Assembly (NCBI GenBank): GCA_031372065.1
Contig: JANMKN010000289.1
Coordinates: 1 to 13,028, forward strand
Reading direction: 5' to 3'
From: Abditibacteriaceae bacterium
GTDB taxonomy: Bacteria; Armatimonadota; Abditibacteriia; Abditibacteriales; Abditibacteriaceae
Length of the DNA: 13,028 nucleotides
In this document: positions 5,955 to 13,001 of the stretch, piece by piece
Layout of the letters: every line of letters starts with the position of its first letter
Position numbering within the stretch: the stretch's first letter is position 1
Program-made: the position numbers and the translations under genes
The notes under the pieces: generated by a model
Told to the model about the DNA's origin: nothing
The model's input: only the letters and a program-made list of their open reading frames with translations
The model's database searches: none

Positions 5955-8236
5955 CCCCACTCCATTTTAGGGGCTGACCAGAGTGCTTTAAATCTCTGCG
6001 TATCGTTTTCGTTAGGCGCATGAGGATGAAAACTAACAGGCCGCAGTAACCTCTCCAACTTATCAAATTGAAAAGCCACCATAAAATAGCGTCCTTTAGC
6101 CTCGAAAGTGCGCACGAAGATAAATTTATCTTCGCGGCCTCGACGTGGTTCTCTTATTTCCTGAAGAATAAAATCGGGATCCTCAATTAATTGAGGTAAG
6201 AGATATAAAGCAGCAACACGCTCTGGTTCAAAACCTTCAATATTGTTGCTTTTCAATTTTCCTTGCGCCGCCAAATCAAAGGCGTTCAAGTAAGTAACAT
6301 CGGGCAAATCAGCGCTGAGGCCTTTTAAATCCGGCTCGTCGTAAGGCGAAGAAAAAGGGTTTGATAACTTCGCACAAATCAACTTTAAAAAATGTTCCGG
6401 CTTTACAACCCACTTCAAACCCATTGGCCCTTGCAGCGTGCCTTTATCAAGCAAATGCTGAAAGCCGTCAACCGCTTGTTGCATAGCGGGTTCAAGAACG
6501 GGATTCTCTGCTTTCTTTGCGGGGTTTAGCCAATCATCAGGATGTGGTTTTCTTTTGCCGCCACCGCCTGTGTCCGGCGCATGATATACGCGCGCAAAAT
6601 AGCCATGGTAGCCGTGCGGATGCTTAAAGATGTCGAAAGATTTACGCAGGCGCGGAAGTAACTGCGTTACTCGCTGATTCCCTTGCAAAGCTATAATTTC
6701 CGAGATGAACAGGCTTTTCGCTAATTTTTCATGGCCGTTTTCGCCGCGCAAATCGGCGAGTAAGGCAGGGTTGGCTTTTACCGCGTCGCGCAGGCGGTTT
6801 TTCACATACAGCCACATCCCCGGAATACTTTCAGGTGTGGCGTGTTCAGCGCCATATTCTTCGCGCAAAACGCGCGCGATGTCCGCCGCGTCGCGTTCGG
6901 AAATGTGCGTTTGGCCGACGACATCGGTTATTTCCCAATGGCGTAAAAGAGCCTCGCGTAGCAGATAACGCGCGCCCAGAGAAAGATTCGCCGCGTCCGC
7001 AATGTCGGTTTGAATTATGTCCACCACGCGGGCTTTGCTAATGTTGTGTGGGCTGGTGCTGGAGTGATGATTATCTAAATCATCAGATTCATAATCGCCC
7101 GCATAAACCGAATCTGCCTCATCATCATCGCCGAAACTGTCCCAGTCTTCAACTTCGACCTGATTTTTATCGAACGACAAATTAATAACCGCCGAGCGCG
7201 CTTTGGAAAAGGCGCGCCACAGAGCGCGGTGAGTTTCCAGTTCGCCATCGCTCAGAGAACCAAAATCCTTTTCAATTTCAGCGCGAGTGCGTGTTTCGCC
7301 CGGTTGACGCAGGGCACGATCCGCTAATTTGCGCGTCACAAGGTGGCGTTGTTTGGCCGAGCGCTTCCAGTAAAGCCGCAGGCCCGACAGTGCGCCGTAA
7401 AACGCTTCTGAAACCACATCTTCGACGCGATTGGCATCCGTCAGCCCGGAGCGCATGGCGACGTTCACCGCGATTCTGATTACGTCATCTTGATGCTCCC
7501 CAAACCACGCCGCTTCCTTTTCGGCAATTTCGGCTTGGCGGCCACGCTTTAGCGAGTGAACCCATTCGATAGCCGGCGCATTGCGCCATTTCGCCGCCGG
7601 AGAGAGAGCGGCCTGAAGCAGCGAGGCCGACGCTCTGCGCCGCGAAACGGCGTCTTTGACGAACGAACCATCCTCGGCTTTGATTTTGGTGGGGATATGC
7701 GGCCCGGTAATATCTTGCCGCGTCACTTCGATAGTTTCGGCTTTGCGGCCCAGCGTGCCTTTCACAACACGCACCGTATCCGTTGGCGCTTTATCGTCGA
7801 GAGATTCATCTAATCGCGCAAACCATTGGCTTTTATCATCAGGTCGGCGCACGTTGACCAGACTGCCTTTGACGGGTGTCAGTGATTCGGCGTGTTCCCG
7901 ATCCCACTGAACTTTCGCGTCAGAGGGCGAGGCGGCGTTAGCATCCACCACGAACATACCCAGTTCCGGTGTCCAGATTTTAAGCTGCTTACCGGTCATG
8001 GAAACGATTACACCATCACGCGCGCCGTAATCGTCCAGAACCACGCGCGCCGGAGCTGCTACGCGTTGCCAGTGGCTGCCAGCGTGCGAGGCGCCTGTGC
8101 CGCCCACCCTTTTGGCACCTTGCAATGAATGCGTGCCTTCCGGCCCGAAAGCTTTCAAAAATGCCCGCTCAAAATCAGGAACGAGGCTGATAATAGGTAG
8201 ATTGCCAAATGGTTTTACCGGTTTGAATTCGCTCAT
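5927..8236 (-). CDS. 769-aa polyvalent protein: N-terminal beta-rich (SH3/Tudor-like?) region, ECF sigma70-like region 2 and region 4, C-terminal PBECR2-like RNase domain
   Basis: ATGA overlap with the upstream MuF-like gene. aa ~244-355 EHQDDVIRIAVNVAMRSG..RVEDVVSEAFYGALSGLRLY..KARSAVINL resembles sigma region 2. aa ~412-487 LSLGARYLL..ISERDAADIARVL..TPESIPGMWLYVKNRLRDAV resembles the sigma region 4 HTH. aa ~670-740 ERVAALYLLPQLIEDPDFIL..KFIFVRTF..YFMVAF..PVSFHP resembles PBECR2. The CDS is secure; domain calls are by eye. Confidence 0.78.
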   Translation of the reverse strand: MSEFKPVKPFGNLPIISLVPDFERAFLKAFGPEGTHSLQGAKRVGGTGASHAGSHWQRVAAPARVVLDDYGARDGVIVSMTGKQLKIWTPELGMFVVDANAASPSDAKVQWDREHAESLTPVKGSLVNVRRPDDKSQWFARLDESLDDKAPTDTVRVVKGTLGRKAETIEVTRQDITGPHIPTKIKAEDGSFVKDAVSRRRASASLLQAALSPAAKWRNAPAIEWVHSLKRGRQAEIAEKEAAWFGEHQDDVIRIAVNVAMRSGLTDANRVEDVVSEAFYGALSGLRLYWKRSAKQRHLVTRKLADRALRQPGETRTRAEIEKDFGSLSDGELETHRALWRAFSKARSAVINLSFDKNQVEVEDWDSFGDDDEADSVYAGDYESDDLDNHHSSTSPHNISKARVVDIIQTDIADAANLSLGARYLLREALLRHWEITDVVGQTHISERDAADIARVLREEYGAEHATPESIPGMWLYVKNRLRDAVKANPALLADLRGENGHEKLAKSLFISEIIALQGNQRVTQLLPRLRKSFDIFKHPHGYHGYFARVYHAPDTGGGGKRKPHPDDWLNPAKKAENPVLEPAMQQAVDGFQHLLDKGTLQGPMGLKWVVKPEHFLKLICAKLSNPFSSPYDEPDLKGLSADLPDVTYLNAFDLAAQGKLKSNNIEGFEPERVAALYLLPQLIEDPDFILQEIREPRRGREDKFIFVRTFEAKGRYFMVAFQFDKLERLLRPVSFHPHAPNENDTQRFKALWSAPKMEWGKQNSPRPL

Positions 8237-9348
8237 TTGCGCCCCCGATGCTTCCAGTTATGGCGATTTGCATTCCGTTCATAGATTTCGCGGTCTTGCC
8301 GCTCCTGTCCGCTAAAGGAATTCGATTTCATTCCGCTCAAAGCCAATTCCGTTAAGCCATTGATTACGCGGCCCACAGGCCGTTCTTGTGGTTTGGCAGC
8401 AAGCTGAAGGTAACATTTGCAGCCAGTGCCGCATTCGGTGTGACCAGCGCCGGGAAACAGCCCCAGACGGGCTAATTCGCGCGCCGAATAGATACCGCTT
8501 TTCCAGCGACCACCGCGCGCGATTTTGGGACAATCGCCGCAATTCTCTTCCGCATCACCGAGCTGCCATGCCCAGTAAATGTCAGAGGATAAATCAGCCA
8601 AAACTTGACCGGCCCAGAACGCTTGTTTCAATGCCGCGCCATACATCGCAATGCGCCGCTCGAAGGAGAGACGGCCTATGCTTTGTTCGCGATCTTTGAG
8701 CAGGTTCAAATAGAAATTCTGCTGTCGGCGATACATTCGCTCCAGTTCCGCTGATTCATCAGCACTCAATGGCTTGAAGTTATCTGCTGCCTCGCGGCCC
8801 TTTTGCCACATGGCGCGATAAGCGTCGCGCAGCGTGGCGCGGGCGTCGCGTTCGACGACATTCCATAGCTTCTTTTGCAATTCCGCCACTTTTTCGGAAG
8901 CCATGCCGCCTTTTAAAGCAGCGTTCACCAAATCCATTGTGGCGTCCCAACTGCTGAAATTGGTGAGCAGGTCATCAATTAACTGCTTTTGCAGTTGCGG
9001 CACGGCGCGCGAAGCCTGTTTTTGACGGCGCCGCACTTCGGATATATCAAGCCCGACATGAGCAGGGCCACCGATTTTAAGGGCCTTGGAAAGAAAACCA
9101 AAGGGCAGAGAAGATTTTTGCGCCGCCGGAGAATGAGCTAAGGCCGTCACATCAAAAACCAGCTTATCCGGCAAAATTTGCCGGATAGTTGCTGGGTAAG
9201 TTTGTGATCCAATACTAAAACCAATGTAGGCAGGCGCATTCACAATTTCAGCGACGCCGGGTTCAGAAAGCAGGGCCAATGTCGCATCCGCGATTTCATC
9301 GGCTGTGGCGTCGTGAGGCAATTCGATGCGCAATTTTTGTGAATTCAT
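8233..9348 (-). CDS. MuF / SPP1 gp7-like phage head morphogenesis (minor head) protein
   Basis: Lies just downstream of the portal. A helical middle (ERRIAMYG) is followed by YWAWQLGDAEENCGDC..LFPGAGHTECGTGCKCYL, the CxxC plus CxC Cys pattern of MuF-type domains. ATG at 9348 has GGAG 8 nt upstream; alternative GTG at 9357. Confidence 0.75.
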   Translation of the reverse strand: MNSQKLRIELPHDATADEIADATLALLSEPGVAEIVNAPAYIGFSIGSQTYPATIRQILPDKLVFDVTALAHSPAAQKSSLPFGFLSKALKIGGPAHVGLDISEVRRRQKQASRAVPQLQKQLIDDLLTNFSSWDATMDLVNAALKGGMASEKVAELQKKLWNVVERDARATLRDAYRAMWQKGREAADNFKPLSADESAELERMYRRQQNFYLNLLKDREQSIGRLSFERRIAMYGAALKQAFWAGQVLADLSSDIYWAWQLGDAEENCGDCPKIARGGRWKSGIYSARELARLGLFPGAGHTECGTGCKCYLQLAAKPQERPVGRVINGLTELALSGMKSNSFSGQERQDREIYERNANRHNWKHRGRK

Positions 9349-9353
9349 GTGGC

Positions 9354-9758
9354 TCACTCCAAATCATTTCCATGTTCATCAATCCACGGCCAGTCGTTTA
9401 CTTCTTTCGTTTCCTCTGGCAAGTGTTCTTGGGTTATTAAATCCTTGAGTTTTTGCGTGCGCGCTTGCCGCTTGTCATGCCATTTTGTCGCATTTTCTGT
9501 CGCCGCAAATGTCGCAAGGCGCTGCGCTTCTCTATGCGCGTGCCATTTGCCCGCAAGCCACATCAAGGCAAAGCTGATCGAAGCGCCAACGAGCGAGCCG
9601 GCGACGAGCGACGAGATAAAAAACCAGACCAAAAGCGCGGGCCAGTTTTCTCTTAAAATCTCCCAAATTGGAATAAAATTACCCATTTGTCGCATAAAAT
9701 GTATAAAAAACGCAATAAAATACGCATTCCAAGCAACAGAATGCATATTTCGCTGCAT
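9354..9758 (-). CDS. Small hypothetical membrane protein (1-2 TM helices); start uncertain (9809, 9758, 9746, 9695 or 9686)
   Basis: Fills the gap between portal and MuF, with its stop abutting the MuF start. Hydrophobic stretch WPALLVWFFISSLVAGSLVGASISFALMWLAG followed by a charged tail. Confidence 0.6.
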   Translation of the reverse strand: MQRNMHSVAWNAYFIAFFIHFMRQMGNFIPIWEILRENWPALLVWFFISSLVAGSLVGASISFALMWLAGKWHAHREAQRLATFAATENATKWHDKRQARTQKLKDLITQEHLPEETKEVNDWPWIDEHGNDLE

Positions 9759-9795
9759 AAAATTCACTGAGCCGATGGCATAACCGAATCCCAAT

Positions 9796-12129
9796 TTATA
9801 CCCGCACAATGCGAATAATGCGTTCTGTGGGAGCAGCAGACTCTAAAAGCGAAACCGACTTGCCAAGGCGCGCCTGAGCAGGTTTTGGCTTCTCCCACTC
9901 CTGATCGTCGTCATTTTCATCAGGTTCGATGTCGTAAGGATCGTCGTTATGGTCGCCATCTTGACCACCATCTTGACCAGCGCTTGCATCTTGCCCTTTG
10001 TGTTGGGCATCCAAATCAAAAGGCGAATAACCAGCATCGGCGCCGTTACGACCGCCATTAGGGGAATCTGCGCCCGGCTGTCCATCCATTTGCCCCGGCA
10101 TCTGGCCTTGTGGATTATCTTGCGAACCGCCCTGTGGGTCATTACCCATCGCGCCGCCCATCACCATTTGTTGCATTTGCTGTTTCGCAATTTGCGCGGC
10201 CTCTTCGGGAGAGTGCCCTTGGGCGATTAAATCCTTGATTTGCTGCTGCTGTTGTTTGGCCGTTTGCAATTCTGCTTTTTCAGCGCCGATGGTTTGCATC
10301 ATGGAAACGTTGCCCGCCGGTTCATCCCATGCCGTTGACCACGCCACGATGTCCTTGCCGTATTTGGCCTCGAACTCTTTTTCGTAAGCAGCTTCGACTT
10401 TATCGCGCCATTCTTCGGTGGTGGCGTATTTGTCTTGTTTGAATTTGCGCGCCGTTTTCGTCCACAAAACGGTGTCTTTAGCGTGCAGGTCACGGGGCCG
10501 ATCTTGAACATCTTTCAGTTCGTTGGCCGTGTCACCAAAGGAAAAGCGCGTTTTCAGCGCTTCATCGGCGGCCTGATCATCGCGGTTTAAACCCGTCCAG
10601 TAGAACTCAAAATCAGGATTGAGGAATTGGAGAATATGCTTGTTGATGAAGTCGGCAATCGCTTCGAGAAGCGGAACAAGGCCTTTATCCTGCGAATGCT
10701 CGATGCGCGTTTCGGGGTCGGCTTCATTGAGCGAACTGCCTTCTGATTGGGAGCCGTAACCGATTTCAACCGGGTCCATGCCGAACATCGCGCAAAGCAA
10801 AACCATCAGCGCTTGAAAGTCGCTGTGGGCATATTCCATTTCGTTAACCGCGCCGGTGGCGTTGCGCAGGGGCAAAATCTCAATGCCTGCTTTTTCATCG
10901 GCGGGTAAGCCCAAATACAGCAAGCGGAAGAAGGCGCCGACACTGCCGGTTTTCATCGCCAGCTGCGTGCGCAGCGCCGACAGCGAGTTATCGCTAAAAC
11001 CAGCTAACTGGCCGCGCAAAGCGACAATGGCAGGGGGAATGTGGTTGTTGTCGAAATACTCGGCGCGAAACTTGAGGTTGAGAATCAAAGAAGCCAAAAC
11101 ATCAATGGAGGCTTCAGTTTCTCCATAGCCATAGCCGAGGCCAAAATAATCGGTGCGCGGGTTGCGCACCATAACAGCCATGCGATTCCACGGAAACTCG
11201 CGATACACCATCGAAGCCGAGGCGGAGGTTCCCGGCTCCAACTCAATAAACGCGATAGGTAAACCGCTTTGGTCAATCTGTGGGACGTATTTTTCTTCGT
11301 AAGTGCGGCGGATCTGCTTGGCGTCCACATCCGCGTTGGAAAACCACGCCAAAGGCATGGCGTTTTCATCACCGCCCGGCTCAAAGCGCACCGGCGCCCA
11401 GTCCAGTGAGAGCGAATGGCGCACCATGCGATGCACCAGCGGTTGCAAGCCGCCCGCGATGATTTTGCCGCGCCCATCCCATACGCCGGGTTGATTATCG
11501 AAGGAGCGACGCCGCAAATCGCCCAAAGCATCATAGCGTTGGCCTCCATGCAGGATGAAATCTTCCAGCGCGTCGCGTTCTTTAGCCGCTGCACCCGTTA
11601 ATTCGCTTCGTTCTTCGATTTGGCGAATGCCAAAACCCGGTAGCATTTGATGGCGCGAGCGCTTGCACCAGCGCGCGGTTTGGCGTTGCCGCGTGCGAAT
11701 AATAAGCTGCACCGCCGGCGTGCGCGATACCGCTTCCAAGAAAGACATCGTGTGGTTGGTTAGCGTTCCGGTATCGCGAATGCCGGTATATTCGCCCAGC
11801 GCGTCGAGCGTGTGGTTGATGCGCACCGGCGTTGGTTTGGGCGAAAGCGAGTTCGCAGCGATGCTTTTGAGCAGCACATCACCGTCAATGCAAACCGGGC
11901 GTCCATCGGCGGTGGGGTTTAGTCCCGGCAAATGCAAGCTGACTTGCCGTCCCTTCTTTTCAGCGGCATAGGCCTGATCCAAAACAGCTTTCGCCAGCGT
12001 TTTTTCTTCAAACGAAGTCGCTGTTTCGTCCAACGTCATGCCGATCTCAAAGGCCGTGTCGGGAGAGGCCACCGCGTTGATTTCACCGGGTGTGATTTGG
12101 AATTGGGAATCGAAGGAGTTTTCGCTCAT
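9796..12129 (-). CDS. Phage portal protein (Phage_portal/HK97 superfamily, resembling Twort/SPO1-like myovirus portals) with N- and C-terminal extensions
   Basis: Motifs AVQLIIRTRQRQ, PGFGIRQ, NPRTDYFGLGYGYGETE, EYFDNNHIP, NEMEY, LCAMFGMDPVEIG, SQDKGLVPLLEAIADFINKHIL, DFEFYWTG, TANELK. ATG at 12129 is preceded by GGTG; alternative GTG at 12138. Confidence 0.92.
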   Translation of the reverse strand: MSENSFDSQFQITPGEINAVASPDTAFEIGMTLDETATSFEEKTLAKAVLDQAYAAEKKGRQVSLHLPGLNPTADGRPVCIDGDVLLKSIAANSLSPKPTPVRINHTLDALGEYTGIRDTGTLTNHTMSFLEAVSRTPAVQLIIRTRQRQTARWCKRSRHQMLPGFGIRQIEERSELTGAAAKERDALEDFILHGGQRYDALGDLRRRSFDNQPGVWDGRGKIIAGGLQPLVHRMVRHSLSLDWAPVRFEPGGDENAMPLAWFSNADVDAKQIRRTYEEKYVPQIDQSGLPIAFIELEPGTSASASMVYREFPWNRMAVMVRNPRTDYFGLGYGYGETEASIDVLASLILNLKFRAEYFDNNHIPPAIVALRGQLAGFSDNSLSALRTQLAMKTGSVGAFFRLLYLGLPADEKAGIEILPLRNATGAVNEMEYAHSDFQALMVLLCAMFGMDPVEIGYGSQSEGSSLNEADPETRIEHSQDKGLVPLLEAIADFINKHILQFLNPDFEFYWTGLNRDDQAADEALKTRFSFGDTANELKDVQDRPRDLHAKDTVLWTKTARKFKQDKYATTEEWRDKVEAAYEKEFEAKYGKDIVAWSTAWDEPAGNVSMMQTIGAEKAELQTAKQQQQQIKDLIAQGHSPEEAAQIAKQQMQQMVMGGAMGNDPQGGSQDNPQGQMPGQMDGQPGADSPNGGRNGADAGYSPFDLDAQHKGQDASAGQDGGQDGDHNDDPYDIEPDENDDDQEWEKPKPAQARLGKSVSLLESAAPTERIIRIVRV

Positions 12130-12153
12130 AGAGGGCACCGGAAAAGGAGCCGG

Positions 12154-12203
12154 AAAAACTAAAAGCCGCGACTCTCAAGGAGAAATCGCGGCTCTTATGG
12201 CCT
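12154..12203 (-). terminator. Terminator-like hairpin with conserved 5' motif in the leader of the portal gene
   Basis: Minus strand reads AGGCCATAAG-AGCCGCGA-TTTCTCCTTGAGAG-TCGCGGCT-TTTAGTTTTT: a perfect 8-bp outer stem plus T-run, with the same design as 5646-5701. Confidence 0.75.
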
Positions 12204-12251
12204 GTTTAAATGTGATGCATCTTTGATGCTTTAATGCATTCTTCTGAATTT

Positions 12252-12572
12252 CTATGCTTGGACTTGATCGCGCAACGGCGCTTTTTCTTTGCGCACCCAT
12301 CCCAGTTCGTTCATGATGTTTTCGTCGAGAGCCTGCAAGGAAACGTTATCGCCGACCAAAGCGATGCACGGCGGCAGTTGGATTTGATGGGCAGCGCAGA
12401 CGTTACGCAGGGCATTGAAATATTCCCTGTGCTGGATGGCGGCAGGAATTTCCTTGAAATGCAAAATAAGCAGTTTGGCGCTGCCATCCACCACCACAAC
12501 ATGATCGGCATCTTCAATTTCGAGTGGCTCTTCTTCCAACCCATCTGGGCCAATAGGCTTGATTTTTACCAT
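12252..12572 (-). CDS. Hypothetical phage protein (106 aa)
   Basis: AGGCGGTG RBS before the ATG, 12 nt after the upstream stop. Globular-looking composition and co-oriented with the operon. Confidence 0.75.
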   Translation of the reverse strand: MVKIKPIGPDGLEEEPLEIEDADHVVVVDGSAKLLILHFKEIPAAIQHREYFNALRNVCAAHQIQLPPCIALVGDNVSLQALDENIMNELGWVRKEKAPLRDQVQA

Positions 12573-12584
12573 CAGGCACCGCCT

Positions 12585-13001
12585 TTAATCCAAATAATCG
12601 CTACGCTGCTTGCGCGCTTCCTTGCGGCGAGCCTTGCGGTTTGATGTCCGGCACCCGGCAATTTCCTTGAGACGCTTGGCACGCTCTGACACCGATTCGC
12701 GCGAAGCAGGCTTGCTTTCCTCCACGCCCACCAGCGTAATTTCTTCAACGCGGTGCTGAAGCACTCTGAGTTCATTAGGTTTAATCACTACGACGCTACG
12801 GCCTTTTTGCGTAGCGTCCGCCGCCGCCTCAGCAATGGCCTGTCGTTTAGCTGCTACATGATTGGGCACCAATAAACCATTTTCGGGCAAGGCAAGACCG
12901 GGAGGCGCAACTGTAATTTTTGCGTTCGGCGCTAAAACCGTATGCGGCTCCAACGACACGGGACCAGTGATGATCATCTTTTGTTGGGGAGACTCAGACA
13001 T
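12585..13001 (-). CDS. Hypothetical phage protein (138 aa) with basic C-terminus
   Basis: ATG preceded by GAAAGG. Co-oriented and tightly packed with the next gene. Basic tail SNRKARRKEARKQR. Confidence 0.7.
   Translation of the reverse strand: MSESPQQKMIITGPVSLEPHTVLAPNAKITVAPPGLALPENGLLVPNHVAAKRQAIAEAAADATQKGRSVVVIKPNELRVLQHRVEEITLVGVEESKPASRESVSERAKRLKEIAGCRTSNRKARRKEARKQRSDYLD

Noticed and set aside
5815..6066. 83-aa minus ORF as a possible immunity protein for the nuclease
   Set aside because: It starts at TTG without a clear RBS, overlaps the nuclease by 140 nt out of frame, and runs through the hairpin region. It is not formally excluded without ribosome profiling.
6689..6697. Second plus-strand TATAAT (6692-6697) inside the 769-aa gene
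   Set aside because: No TG extension or -35; explained by Ile-Ile-Ala codons.
9956..9979. 12-bp tandem repeat CCATCTTGACCA x2
   Set aside because: It only encodes GQDG-GQDG in the low-complexity portal tail.
6705..12775. Plus-strand and alternative-frame ORFs overlapping portal, MuF, polyvalent and small genes (e.g. 9349-9783, 11085-11594, 12234-12644)
   Set aside because: They overlap better-supported minus-strand genes and have no recognisable motifs.
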